Position numbers and translations under genes: made by a program. A stretch of DNA of 64,000 nucleotides from Mobula hypostoma (taxonomy: Eukaryota), in contig NC_086097.1 of NCBI RefSeq assembly GCF_963921235.1, positions 237,400,001 to 237,464,000 of the forward strand. The letters run 5' to 3'. Shown here piece after piece: positions 37,035 to 50,945 of this stretch. A model generated the notes under the pieces. It made no database searches. It was not told the origin of the DNA and worked only from the letters and a program-made list of their open reading frames with translations. Within the stretch, counting starts at the first letter, position 1, and every line of letters starts with the position of its first letter.

Positions 37035-37267
37035 ATTTCATCCTGCTGCTGCCTGGAAGGGGTTTGTACGATCCCCTGGTGACGGCATGGGTTTCCTCCA
37101 GGTGCTCTGGTTTCCTCCCAAAGTTCAAAGACATACCGGTTGGGAGGTTAATTGGTCATTGTAAAATTGTCCCGTGATTAGGCTAGGATTAAATTGGGGG
37201 ATTGCTGGGCTGCATGGCTTAAAGAGCCGGAAGGGTCTGTATGTCAATTAAAAAAAATAAATAAATC
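37035..37267 (+). mobile_element. V-SINE (HE1-like), 5' part decayed
   Basis: V-domain tgggtttcctccaggtgctctggtttcctcccaaagttcaaagac, CR1-like tail gccggaaggg, A-rich end. Confidence 0.75.
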
Positions 37268-37371
37268 TCTCGTAACCTAATCCACTTTCTTCTTCTGATT
37301 CAGCATATGTTGGCAATATTCCAGATTTTTAATAAACATTAAAGTATGAACACTGTCTTTAAACATGACTC

Positions 37372-37694
37372 ATTTAATTATTGCCTGTTACACCGCTCGT
37401 GTTTAGTGCAGCAATGAAGGTCCTCCATCTCTGACTATACTGTCACTCACATATATATGACGATTCTTCATTGCTCTTTCCGTAACAATTTTTTTGACCA
37501 GTCAAGGTTTTTAGCTCTGAGCTGAACCTTTGAACCTAGAGGACTGGTGGACTCTACCCTTTGACCTGGTTGGCATGGGTGATCCTACCAAGAGCCAAAG
37601 CACAAGGCCCAGATTTCACCCAACATAGCTCTCTGGATCATTGAGGCACATAAGCCTTTAACCCCTAAGACGAAGTTGTGGACCTCCTGGAGGC
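37372..37694 (-). mobile_element. Bipartite RTE-derived non-autonomous element (RTE-like 5' UTR joined to 3' end)
   Basis: Minus strand ggcttatgtgcctcaatgatccagagagctatgttg...ggtaggatcacccatgccaaccaggtcaaagggtagag resembles Expander/Rex3-type 5' UTRs. Confidence 0.55.
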
Positions 37695-38414
37695 TTTAAA
37701 CATAAGGCTTGTCGTAAGCAGTCTGGCCATTTCAGAAGAACATGGGAACACGTGAAGCGGAGAAACAACCAACCTACTATGAGTGACTTCCTTACTTGTG
37801 AAGGGATCAATGACCAAAGTGCTGTAATGGCAGCAGAACGATTATTCCAACTTCAGTCAGGAAAATGACACAGGAGCATTATGCATAAGCAGTGTTAACG
37901 GCAGAAACACAGAAGCTGCGATCACTTCTCTTTTCGTTTCTCCAAAAAGGACAGTTTTACCAATTCAGTATAATCTTCAGAGATCAGTGGTTAGATGAGA
38001 CTTATTTATAAATTTTTCTTGTGGTAAATACCTTGAACATGTTGCACATTATTGTTCAAGGTGTGAGTAAGTGGATAGTTGCTGTTAGGCAAAGTCTGTG
38101 TTTTATGAGAAGTGATTTTATATGCATGGATTATAACTACCTCTAATAAATATTTAAAAATATATCAAGTTCAAAGTAAATTTATTATGTATACTTTAAG
38201 CAGATTTATCTCCTTACAGGCAGCTACAAAACAAAGAAACCCAAAATAACCTATTAAAACAAAAGAAGAACATCAAACAACCAATGTGCAGAGAAAAAAG
38301 AAACAAATCATGCAAACAATAGAAGTTATTTACAAATAAATAATGTTGCTGTTGAGGTTTGAAATCTCTGCATCAATGTAGGTTCTTTCTGTGCTGATTG
38401 GATAGGATGCTTGC

Positions 38415-38700
38415 ATTCCCTCTTCCCTTCACCTTTTCTGCATATCACTTCCCAGCTTCAAAGTTCATCCCTCACTTCCCCACCTGCTCCGGATTCACTT
38501 ATCTTCTTCTAGCTTGTACACCTTCTCCTCTTTTTATTGTGGCTTCTTCCCCCTCCCTTTCCAGTCCTGATGAAGGATCTCAGCCTGAAATGCCGACTAC
38601 TTATTCACCTCCATGGATGCTGCCTGACTTGCTGAGATCCTCCATCATTTTGTGTGTGTATTGCTCAAGATTTCCAGCATCTGCAGAATCTTTTGTGTTC
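38415..38700 (+). mobile_element. Penelope-like terminus with hammerhead motif (38563-38598, cleavage triplet mutated)
   Basis: AGTC-CTGATGA-AGGATCTCAGCCT-GAAA-TGCC-GACT. Confidence 0.75.
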
Positions 38701-39184
38701 GGTGGAGAGGAAGCCATTTTGGTACACTGCTGATCTGTTCAGGTCCAGTGCTGCTTTACTAAACATTCATCATCTAGCTTGCCTCCACAATTAAACTGCC
38801 AAATGGTCCTGCATTGCAGCACATATCTTCTCTACTGGATGAGCAAACTGGTTTTGGAAGTTTGACTTATAGATTGCTTTACACCACCATTAATAAAAAG
38901 AAGATCCAGCCTTCAACACGGTTCATGTCTCTCCTGAGGGAAATCAGTTGGGTGTTGTGTTTATGTCACATACTCTAAATAAAAACTGGTGTCTTTGTAT
39001 ATCGAATGGTATATTGCATTTTGTATGTCTTATTGTCCAAAATTTGACGATACAATTATTGTTTATATCATCTGCATCTTAGCTGAATATCACAAACATT
39101 TTGGACTGGAATGTGTTCATCTGATAGAAATGAAACTGCTCGCTTCTTCATAGCCATATGATTTAAAATTGCAACTCACAAAAA

Positions 39185-39855
39185 TTGCTTCACCTGAAAA
39201 TCTGTTGGGGTTGTCTACTGTGTCCAGTGTTCCCAATGTGGCCTCCTCTACATTGTTGAGACCCACCATATATTGGGGGACTGCCATGTCGAGCATCTCC
39301 ACGCCATCCATCACAAGCAGGACTTCCCGGTGGCCAAACATTTTAAATCTAGTTCCCATTCCCGTTCCAACACGTTGGTCCATGGCCTCTCTTGCGCTAA
39401 AATCAGGCCACCTGCAGGGTGGTGGAGCAACACCTTATATTCCGCCTGGGTACCCACCAACGAGATGGCATGGATATCAATTTCTCCTTCCAGGAATCCC
39501 GCCCCCCCCCCCACTTCCCTCTCTTCCCCACTCTGACCTTTTACTTCTTCTCACCTGACTATTACTTCTCCCTGGGTCTCCTCCTCCTTCCTTTTCTTCT
39601 ATGTCCACTTTCCTGTCCTATCAGATTCCTTCTCCAGCCCTTAACCTTTCCCACCCACCTGGCTTCACCTATCACCTTTTAGCACCTCCTTCCCCTTCCC
39701 CAGACTTTTTACCTTGGCATCATTCCCCTTCATTCTCAGTCCCGAAGAAGGGTCTCAGCCCAAAACATCTGACTGTTCCTCAACTGCCGAGTTCTTCCAG
39801 CATTTTGTATATATTGCTTTGGATTTCCAGCATCTACAGAATTTCTTGTGTCTAT
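39185..39855 (+). mobile_element. Penelope-like element 3' part: decayed GIY-YIG endonuclease plus terminus
   Basis: VGVVYCVQCSQCGLLYIVET..EHL..PVAKHF..EQHLIFRLGTHQRDGMDINF, followed by the pyrimidine-rich terminus and a decayed hammerhead near 39740. Confidence 0.88.
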
Positions 39856-41117
39856 GATTTAAAATTGGGCAGATTTATTTTAGAACTTTGACAGCAGAAA
39901 TGAAGTTTCACTGCCACATAATGACAATGATATCAACTAACAGTCAAATGATTAGCTCTAACTCTGCAGCTGAAATATATGACAGTTCTGCCTCAAATTA
40001 AAATAATCTCAAAACCCTTCTTCTTCAAGCTCCATAATGCTAAATCTTTCAATGTTCTTGGCATTTTTGAATAAGATCTTTATCACCATACTGAATCTTG
40101 GGCACAGTCAAAATTTTACATTTTAATAAACATTAAATATCCCTAAATATATCATTGTTGAATTAAATAATTCACTTTGCCTTGGTTCAGTAGTAAACTC
40201 AGCAGGCATGAAACACAACTATTTTGCAATCAGCATTTTTTTTTATTAAATCGCTCTCATATAACATTCCCCTCCGGTAATAAAAGTGATAGAATAGTAA
40301 TTTTCATTTAAAGTGGTGTGTAGCTGTAGACATCATGAGGAACTAATTATTCCATTATGGAAAGCCAAAATGCTAAGTAACAAATAATGATGTTTTCGTT
40401 AAACTGACATTTTAAGTTCCCATAAAATTGGACAATTTCAACAATAGTTACTTATTAGAATAAATTTGCTTGTGCGGAAGCATAAAGCAAAAGTTTTGGA
40501 AAAAGACCAGGTGGTATGCTATGAATAATGAAATGGCTTAGGCTGAATTTTCAGTCTATTTTCTATCTGGAGAAGACGAATTTCAGAGTTGTATACTGCA
40601 TACATACTTTGGTAATAAATTAACCTTTGAACCTTTGCACCTAAGAAACTCTTGAGCAGATTGCATGTGTACTTCCACCCTTCTGCAAACCAGAACTATG
40701 GGAATTGACACAGATGGAGTCTTCTTCAAAATTGTGGGACATAAATGGCCTCGAATGCTGGATACAATTTTTTTTTAACTTATGGCTTTAGGGCACAATC
40801 AAATCTCAGTGAAATAATGCCATAAAAAAGAAAACTGAAAGAACGAATGAGCATAAAGAAAGAAAAAGAGTTCATTAAAGCAGTTTTGCAAATGTTCCAC
40901 AAGGTCTCACATGAAAGAAAGTTATTTTAGAAACTATTAAATACTCCCTAGCTTATTAGCTGTTGACGTGGTAATATGTATCACTAATTTCATTTCCTTG
41001 GACTTATGTCAGTACCTTGACCATATATTTAAAACATCTTGGTTGCAAAAGTTTTAGCATATTGATAGAAGATGTAAAATATGCAAAACAATATTTCACA
41101 GTTCTTTGCAAATATCA

Positions 41118-41315
<198 letters not shown>

Positions 41316-41554
41316 TTAATATAACGACTCGAGTGAAAAACAACTTATCTCATATATTCACCACATTGTGGGCACTGAATTCAAGAATGTATTATACTTC
41401 GGTATTGTACTTAAGTACATCCATCATCAGTTTAAAATTGAAGGGCAATTAATAATTTGCACTAAGTTAAAAAGGAGAAATTATTTATTCTGCACTGAGA
41501 AACAACCTCATGCAAACATCTACTCTTTTTCACAGATTTTGCCTGGCCTGATGA

Positions 41555-41905
41555 GCTGCTCAGCAACAGTTATTACCCCTCAACCATCAGACCCTTGAAC
41601 CAAAAGGGATAACTTCTCTCAGCTTCACTTGCCCTATCATTGAAATGTTCCCACAACCAATTGACTCTTCATCTCATGTTCTCAATATTTTTCGCTTATT
41701 TATCTATTACTCGTATTATTTTTTTTTGTTTTTGCACAGTTTGTTGTATTTTATACACTGGTTAAAGCCGCAATGTCTTTCATTGATTCTATTGTGGTTA
41801 TAATTTTATTATGGATTTATTAAGTCGGCCCACAAGAAAAAAAATCTTAGGATTGTAAATGGTGACATATATGTACTTCAATAATGAATTTACTTTGAAC
41901 TTTGA
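41555..41905 (+). mobile_element. Rex-like 3' UTR
   Basis: aacagttattacccctcaaccatcag...tactttgaactttg. Confidence 0.7.
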
Positions 41906-42954
41906 TGTTAATATTTAGAACAAAAAAGTGCAAGTATTGACCTGAAGCATCCTTCCTCTGCTATTTCCGACTTCCTCTGCTTTTAATTCACATTTGCACC
42001 ATTCAAGGAATATTAGGTTTTTCATTTTCTATGCAAGGATGTTGAATAAATGGAACTGAATTGGCTATTGGACAATTAAGTCCATGTGTGTTATTTCAGT
42101 GGAACTAAATATATGAGCTGAGAACAATCTGTATGTCACATGCTTGCATAGTTTTAGTACATGCAACAAACGGCAATTTTTTCTTTTAAATAAGACTTCG
42201 ATGTTAATGAACCGGATTGCACAGCATTTGCTGAGGCCAGCAGTCCACCTGGACAGATGTCAGGTCAGCAAACACATCATTCACCTTGGTATGAGTTCGG
42301 AGTTTGAGGACAATAGCGAAGATCGAAGCTGGAAGGTTAAAGACTGAAGTCAGCGAGTCCAGAAGTTGGAAGACTGATGCATGTGAGGCCATTGCAAGCT
42401 GAAGGTATGGAGGAGGCCTGCATTGGGGATTAGAGAAACACCTGTGTGTGTGAGTGGGTGGCAGGGAGGAAAGGGGCTTGTTTTGTTGTTGTTGTCGTTG
42501 CTTGTGTTGTCCTGAAGATTGTGGGCATGCTCTGTTGCACCAGAGTGTGTGGCGACACTCGTGGGCTGCCCCCTTACACATCCTTTGGTTGTGTTGGTTG
42601 TTAACGCAAATGACACTTTTCCATCATTTAAACTAAGCTCACAATAAAATGTTAATCTATTACTCAAATGTAGGAAATGCTACCCAATAAAATATTGTGT
42701 AAGATGGCAAACTTAGGAAAGGAAAGAGCACGACCACGAGAGGTAGAATCAACCTTGACATGATGACAGATAGATCAGCCAACAAAACTCCATTATGTTG
42801 GTTGGATCTTCAGCCAGTCATTTAAATAAGGATGCGAAACAATATTCATTTAATACTGTTTGAAAATTATCAACCACAGGTCACTACATCTCTCAAAATG
42901 ATGTTTGGATGAAATAGTTAAATTCAACAGTGTAAAGTGATAGCATTGGAATGG

Positions 42955-43880
42955 AGCTCTTCCTGAATCATTGAGTGTGTGCCTTCAGGCTCCTGTAACT
43001 CCTCGCTTAATGGTAGCAATAAGAAGAGGGCATGTCCTGGGTGATGGGGGTCCTTAATGATGGATACTGCCTTTTTGAGGCATCACTCCTGAAAGCTGAC
43101 CTGGATACTGGGGAGGTTAGTGCCCATGATGGAGCCGACTGAGTTCACAATTTTCTGCATATAATTTTGATCCTGTGCAGTGGCCCCCATACCTAACAGT
43201 GATGCAGCCGGTTCGAATGTTCTCCATGGTACATCTGTATAAATTTGCAGGTGTCTTTGGTAACACACCAAATCTCCTCAAACTTCAAATGCAATATTGC
43301 CACTGTTTTGCCTTCTTTGCAACTGCATCGATACGTTGGGTCCAGGATAGAACCTCAGAGACGTTACCACGCAGGAACTTGAAATCGCTCAGCCTTTCCA
43401 CTGCTGATCCCTCGATGAGGGCTGGTGTGTGTTCCTTTGTCTTACCCTTTCTGAAGTCCATAATCAATTCTTTGGTCATACTGATGTTGAGCAAAACGTT
43501 ATTGTTGCGACACCACTAAACTAGCTGATCTTTCTCACTCTTGTACCCCTTTCTATCACCATCTGAAATTCTGCCAACAATAGTTGTGTTATATCAAATC
43601 TATAGATGGCGTTTGAGCTGTGCCGAGCATACAGACATGGGTGTAGAGAAGGCAGAGCAGTGGGCAAAGCCCACATTCTTGAGGTGTGCCAGTGCTGATT
43701 ATCAGCAAGCTGGAGATGTTATTTCTGATCCATATAGACTGTGGACTTCTGGAGAGGAAGTTGAAGATCCCATTGCAGAGGGAGGTACAGAGGCCTAGGT
43801 TTTGTAGCTTTTTGATCAGAACTGTAGGAATGAATGTGTTAAACACAAAGCTGTAGTAAATAAACAGCATCCTAACATAC
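42955..43880 (-). mobile_element. Rex1/Babar-like RT fragment
   Basis: MLFIYYSFVFNTFIP, STGTPQECGLCPLL, KELIMDFRKGK. Confidence 0.85.
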
Positions 43881-44564
43881 CGTAAGTATTAGCACTGATG
43901 CAGTCATTTTCCTGGGAACTCCTCTTGTTTGTGTTCCCAACAGATTAATTTATCTTGATGTGATTCATTTCAGGTATGAACATATCCTTGACTTAGGACC
44001 ACAGAGGTTTGTTTTACTGCAGGAGTCATTAAATTTTGATTAGGAACAGAAATTATTTTTTTTCTTCACATCTATAAGGTAAGCCCAACATAAAACTTAA
44101 GCTGTTCTTCTAATAACGGTGGTTGTTCTGAAAAGTTCCTTATTGGTCATGAAGTGATTTGAGACAAAATGAAAAAAGTGAAATATGTTATATGAACATT
44201 CCCTTATCCGAACTCCATTCTCTCCCCATCTGCATCCCAACCTATTCTCCCTCTGGAAATCCACACTCCAACTCTGCACCCAGTTCCCCAGTCCCACTCA
44301 CGCCTCCTCCCCTCTCCCAATGTTCACTGCACTTCAGTTTACGCCATGTCTCCTGCCCACAATTCATGATGAAGATCTAGAATCTTGAAAGTAGAAAGAA
44401 AGTTTAATATCTCAGTAAATTAACATTTCAGGTTGATGTTTTTTGATGAAAGTTGTGAAAGAAATAGAAATGAACATTGACTAAGTCGCAAAAAGAAGAA
44501 GGGTCTCAGCCCGAAACATTGATTGTTTACTCTTTTCCATAGATGCTGAGTTCCTCCAGCATTT

Positions 44565-45570
44565 CAGATTGCAAAAACATCTACTCCACAATCTCCATCA
44601 GCACAGGTGCACCACAGGGCTGTGTGCTTCACCCCCTACTCTACTCACTTTACACCAGTGACTGTGTAAGTACAACTCTAATATCACCTTCAAGTTTGCT
44701 GATGACACCACTGTTGTGGGCCGTTTCAAAGGTGGTGGTGCATCAGCTTACAGGAGGGAGATTGAAAATTTGGCTGAGTGGTGTCAACAATAACCTCTCA
44801 CTATTGACAGCAAGCCCAAAGAACTGATTTTAGACTTCAGGAGAGGGAAACCAGTGGTCCATGAGCCAGTACTCATCAAAGGATCGGAGGCAGAGAGGGA
44901 GACCTGTCCTGGACCCATCATATAAATGTAATTGCACTGCTTCCTTATGGGTCTGCAGAGGTTCAGCATGACACCAAACACCTTGAAAAACTTCTATAGA
45001 TGTGCGGTGGAAATTGTATTGGCTGATTGCATTACAGCCTCGTATGGAAACACCAATGCCTTTGAGCAGAAAGCCCTATAAAATGTAGACGATTTGGTGC
45101 AGTACCTCATGGATAAAAGTCTTCCCAACTGCTGAGCACATCTACATGAAACGCTGTTGTAGGGAAGCAGCTTCCATCATCAAAGATCCTCACCACCCAG
45201 GCCATGATCTTTTCTCACTGCTGCCATCAGGTAGAAGCTACAAGTGTCTCAGTACTTGTACCACCAGGTTCAATAACAATTACTACTCCTCAACCATCAG
45301 GCTCTTGAACAAAAGATGATAACTACACTCATCTATTGCAAAGTTCCCACAACCAAAGATCTCACTTTAAGGATTTTTTAATCTTGTTATTTCATGCTCT
45401 TGTTATTTATTTATATTTGCATTTGAAAAATTTGTTGTCTTCTGTGTTCTTGCTCTTTCACTGATCCTGCTTACAGTTACTATTCTATAGATTTACTAAG
45501 TATGCCCGCAGCAAAAGGAATCTTACGTGGTGACATGTATGTACTCTGATAATAAATTTTACTTTTTTGA
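44565..45570 (+). mobile_element. Rex1/Babar-like fragment inserted into a Penelope terminus (flanks 44492-44564 and 45571-45625)
   Basis: [23 protein letters not shown]. The Penelope terminus is split at ttcctccagcattt | ttgtgtgtgttgctttggatttccagcatct. Confidence 0.82.
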
Positions 45571-45631
45571 TTTTGTGTGTGTTGCTTTGGATTTCCAGCA
45601 TCTGGCAGACTTCCTTGTGTTTGTGATTTAC

Positions 45632-46712
45632 TGTTCAAAGTTCAAAATAAATTTATTTTCAAAGCACATACTGTATATGTCACAATATACTACCTTCACA
45701 GCATTCACAGAACAAAGAAATACAATAGAATCAGTGAAAACCACACATGAACAAAGACTGACAAACAACCTATGTGCAAAAGAAGACAAACTGTGCAAAT
45801 ACAATAAATAAATAAACAAGCAAGAAAATAGATAAATTAGATAAGTTGATGCATGCAAGCTCAATTTCAACATTCAAGAGAAGTATGGATAGGTGCATGG
45901 ATTGTCTGGGTGCAGATTGATGGGATTCGTTTTTCATTACTTCCTGTGTGGTATGACATAAGCAATTATGGTCTTTCCATGACCATGATTCGTGACACTT
46001 CTCACGCTCCTGTCGCCTATCATTTTGGATCTCCCCCTCCCCCTCCCACTTTCAAATTCATTACTATCTCTTCTTTCAGTTAGTCCTGACAAAGGGTCTC
46101 GGCCCAAAATGTCGACTGTACCTCTTCCAATAGAAGCTGCCTGGCCTGCTGCGTTCACCAGCAACTTTTATGTGTGTTGCTTGAAATTCCAGCATCTGCA
46201 GATTTCCTCGTGTTTGCGCTTTCCATGACCATGATGGTTCTTGGCATTTTTTTCTACAGTAGAGATTTGCCATTGCCTTCCTCTGGGCAGTGTGCCTTTA
46301 CAAGTCAGGTGATCCCAGCCATTATCAATACCCTTCAGAGATTGTCTGGCATCAGTGGTCGCATAACCAGGACTTGTGATAGGCACCAGCTGCTCATACG
46401 ACCACCCACCTCCTGCATCCACGGCTTCACGTGATCCTGAGTGGGGGGGGGGGGGTTTAAGCACTTTGCCCAAGGGTGACCTGCAGGTTAGCAGAGGGGA
46501 CGAGCATCTTATACCTCCTTCGGTAAAGACGTATCTCCACCCCTCCACACGATGGGACCAGGCGGCTTAAATGGTTTGGCAAGGACTAGACAGGCCGAAG
46601 GGCCTTTCCCTCTGCTGTAATTCTCTAGATAAATAATAAATAAATGCATACAGTACATGCTCACAGAAACGTAAGAACATGAGTTGTAGAGTCCTTGAAG
46701 GTGAATCCATAC
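45632..46712. mobile_element. Four-layer nest: Rex-like tail > CR1 3' end > RTE-tailed short element > Penelope terminus (45990-46218)
   Basis: TSDs tagataaat (45829 and 46626), gatggga (45919 and 46551), ctttccatgaccatgat (45973 and 46219). Confidence 0.8.
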
Positions 46713-46859
46713 TGAACGTGCGGCACAAGTTGTCACAACACTAACAGGTTGTGGGATGGAGTGGGAAGGGAGGAGAAAAATTGAATAAAAATGGAATGTA
46801 ATTACAAAGAAGGTGTGACAGTGACTATATTTCGTGAGGAGTTTGAGGAGATATGCTAT

Positions 46860-47358
46860 CTCACCAAAGTCATTCGCAAGTTTCTACAGATGTATCATGG
46901 AAAACATTCTAACTGGCTGCCATAATATACCACCATTTGGTATCAGGGGGTGGCTGTTGCACAGGGTCAAAGTAAGCTGCAGAAAGCCGTAAACTTAGTC
47001 AGCTCCATCATAGGCACGAACCTTCCCAGCATCCATGACATTAAGTACCCCAATACTCAGGATATGTCCTCTTCTCATTGCTACCATCAGGAAAGAGGTA
47101 CAGGAGCCTGAAGGCACACACTCAACGATTCAGGAACAGCTTTATCCCCCTCTGCCATCATATTTCTGAATGGACATTGAACCCATGAACACTACCTGGC
47201 TATTTTTCTCTTTTTGCACTATTTATTTAATTCATCTTGAATATCTATCTACTGTAATTTACAGTTTGTTATTATGTATTGCAATGTACTGCTGCCATAT
47301 TAAAACAAATATCACTACATATGTCAATGATATTAAAACTGATTCCGATTCTGAATCC
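46860..47358 (+). mobile_element. Rex-like 3' region
   Basis: ttctacagatgtatcatggaaaacattctaactggctgc...aaaactgattccgattctga tail. Confidence 0.75.
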
Positions 47359-47749
47359 AAAATATCAGAAGTGACAAAGAGATGAATGCTGGAAATGTGA
47401 GTCAGAAGACTGGAATGGCTGATTATTTGAAGCTGACAATTCAGTCCTAAGCATTGATTCCAAAAGACTATAACATGCCAAGCCAAAAGATGGAGTACTC
47501 TTCCTTGAGCTTGTGTTGCAAGATGCCTGAGATTATTATGTGACCTTGGAATGACAGATTAGTGGTCTCCAGGGCTGCAATTTTTCTCATGTCATATTTT
47601 GTGCTGCTTGTAATCTAGCTGACCGATTTACTGTCTATGATTAGTCAGCAATATCAGGGACATACTACATAAATAACAAGGAGAATGGAGTCCAAACTAA
47701 ACTTCCTTCATCTTGTAAATCTCATGACTGCACAGTGGGGAATATAAGT

Positions 47750-48520
47750 TATAAACACAAGAGATTCTACAGATGTTGGATATCCAGAGCAACACACACA
47801 AAATGCTGGAACTCAGCAGATCCGGTGAGGAATAAACCATCAAAGTTTCAGGCTGAGACCCTTCATTACTAGGAAGGAAGGAGGTAGAAGCCAGAATAAG
47901 AAGGTAGAGAGAAACGGAAGGAAAACAGGATGGCAAGTGATGGGTGGGACTAGGTGAGGATGATGGTGGTTGACTGAGGGAAGCAGGTAGGATGAATAAA
48001 GAAGATGGGAAGTAATTGGTGGAAGAGGCTAAGGGTGAAGAAGAATGAACTTGATTGGAGAGGACACAGTGAACCAATGGAGAAAGGGCATCAGAAAGAG
48101 ATGATGGGCAAGTGAGGAGTTTGTACCAGGAGAACTGGAAATAGTAGATGACCTTTGTAGGCTTTGAAGTCCTGAATGGCGGTGAAGGAGGAGGTGTAGA
48201 TGCATGTGTGGCATTTGTGCTGCTTGCAAGAATAAATAGCAGATTGGAGATCAGTGAGGAGGGATGAGTTGACAAGGGAGTTATGTAGAGAACGATCCCT
48301 TTATGATGAGAGTGGGGTGGAGGGAGAGGGAAAGATGTGGTAGGATCCCATTGGACATACAGGAAGTTACAGAGAATGATATTTTGGATATGAAGTCTTG
48401 TGGGGTTCTAGGTAGGGCTAAGGGGAACCCTATCCCTGTAATAGTGGTGGGAAGATGGAGTGAGGACAGATGCAAGTGAAATGAAGGAGATACGGATGAG
48501 GGCAGCATCAATGGTTGCAG
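47750..48520 (-). mobile_element. Penelope-like element, internally deleted
   Basis: Terminus aaacacaagagattctacagatgttgga... plus antisense of the ORF segment seen at 62330-62560. Confidence 0.7.
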
Positions 48521-49399
48521 AATAAATTACTATCTTGCTTCAAGTTACATTACCCAACAAGTTGTTTTAATGAAGTGTATGTTTCTTATAGTTTGAAAGT
48601 TTCTCTTGATAATTTTTATTGCTTTACTTAATTGGTTTGATATCTGATTTTAGAGCTGTTCACCAACAGCAAACACTGTTTCTTTTTGTTGACTTAGGTG
48701 AAAGCTTTTCTCAGATTTAGCTATTGGCTCTTTGGGACATTCTGAAGCAAGCTGTAGGCAGAGACCAATTACCCAATTATTGGGTGAGTTGGGACGATTG
48801 TCCACCGTTGATAGGTACTTCAGCCATTCCAGTGAAAGGCCTGATTCATTTGTGAGAAAAAGCTCTCAATAGATTGGGCACAGTGGAGTTGCTAGATGAA
48901 GAAAGAATCAGATTAGTTTTCTACCATTCCATAAACATGTCAATGGAATGGAATAATCATAGAAATGAAGTCCATCAGCTTGATTATAATAAATATAGTC
49001 ATTCTATATGGGAATATTCTGGTGGTGGAGAGCTCAATGATCTATCAGTCCAGAGCCACATCTGCATCCCATGCATTTAACAGGTGTGCATCCTCTTTAG
49101 GTCTTCTAGAGGCAACAAAGGCCTACTGGCTTTGTGGGTTGACTTGAGAGTGTGGAAGACCAGCCTGAGAAAAGTTCATCCAGTAAGTAAGGATATCAGG
49201 GAGTACTAACAGTAATCTTGAATTGGATGAGACTTGGAATATACTACCCAACTCTTGTCCAAAGTTTCTAGTGTGAGGGAGAGTGATGAGCTGTGCAGTA
49301 GAAAAGGGATGAAAACCACACTTAAACATCTTACAAAGGCCTTAATAGTGAGGAAGGTTGTAACCAAGGACTTCAGCACAGGAAGATACAAGATTGCCT

Positions 49400-50945
49400 A
49401 ATTCAAGTGTAAAGGAGAATGGAAATAATTGTTATTCCAATTGGATGCAGCACAAAACAAACATAAAGGACAAAGAACAGAATAATAATACTAAAAAACA
49501 CAATAAATATAACTACATAAGATAGCTTATATACATAGATTGATTGTATATCCATAAAGTGATGCATAAGCTGACTGATAGGCACTAATGAAGTCGTGGT
49601 AAAGTTAGTGAGGGGAGATACTGATTCACCATACTGTTGGGGAAAGCAACTGCTTTTGAGTCTGGTGGTCCTGGCTTGGAAGTTACATCACCTCCTCCCT
49701 GATGGGAGCGGGGTAAATACTCCATGCACAAGGCAGATAGACCTTGTATCAAGACATTACTGACCCTTTTCCAGTACTTTTCTGCATAAATGTCCTTGAT
49801 GGCGCATAGGCTGTTGCTGGCGATGCATTGGGCAGTTTTGACTACCCGTTGCAGAGCCCTCCCGTCCACTGTAATGCAGTTTCTGCCCTGTGCAGTGGCT
49901 CAGCTTGTTAGGATGCTCTCCACTGCACATCTTGCGAGTATGGTCATGCAAAATCCAGCTTTCTTTAGCCTTCTCAGAAACTAGGGTGGTGAGCTTTCTT
50001 GACTGTGTTGGATGTATTCTGGGACCATGAGAGGTTGTGTGTGATGAGTACTCCCAGGAGTTTGAAACTGCTCGCAGTTTTCACTGCTGTGCCACCGATG
50101 TAAAGAGTGGTGCCAGTTCTCCTGAAGTTGATAACAGTCTCCTTTGTCTTGTTGACATTGAGGAAGAGGTAATTTGCCTGACACCAGGACCTGAGCTCTT
50201 CCACCTCCTCTCCGTAGGCTGTCTCATCATTACTGGTGATGGGCCCCACCACTGGCATGTCATCGACAATGTGATTGCACGGGTGTTTGGCTGAGCAGTC
50301 GTGCGAGCAGAGTGCTCAGCACACAGCCCTGGGGTCAGCCTCGTTGAGGATGATGGGGAGGAAGAAGCGGTTGTGCATCCTGACTATCTGAGGTTTGTTC
50401 ATTAAGAGGTCCAACACCCAGTGTACAAATAGTGTATTTAGACCCGAGGAGTAGGAGTTTGTTCACCAAGCTCTGTAGTACCATATTGTTGACTGCTGAA
50501 CTGAAATCTAGAAACAGCATTTTGACATGTGTCCTTGTTTTCCAGGTGTGTCAGGCCCAAATGCATGACAGATGTTATCGCATCTGTCGTAGAGCGGTTC
50601 TGTCAATAAGCATATTGGTGAGTGTCCAATGTGGAAGGAATGGAGCTTTTGATAAATGCCATTACCAGCTGTTTAAAGCACTTCATGATGATTGGCATCA
50701 GCGGCACAGGGCCGCAGTTGTTTAGTTCTGAAGGTGTAGAGTTCTTTGGTACTGGGATGATGGTGGATGATTTGAAGCATGGGGAACTGCAGCCTGGATG
50801 AGTGAAGTGTTGAATATGTCTGTGAAGATGTCAGTGAGCTGGTGTGCACACTCCTTCAGTACTCAGCCTGAGATGTTGTCTGGCCCGGCTGGCTTACAGG
50901 GGTTGACTCTCGGCAGAGTCTTTCTCACGTTTCCCTCTGTTGCAA
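49400..50945 (-). mobile_element. Rex1/Babar-like LINE, RT through 3' UTR
   Basis: GPDNI..LKECAHQL, MLFLDFSSAVNN, WCQANYLFLNVNKTKE, ALQRVVKTAQCI. Confidence 0.88.
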
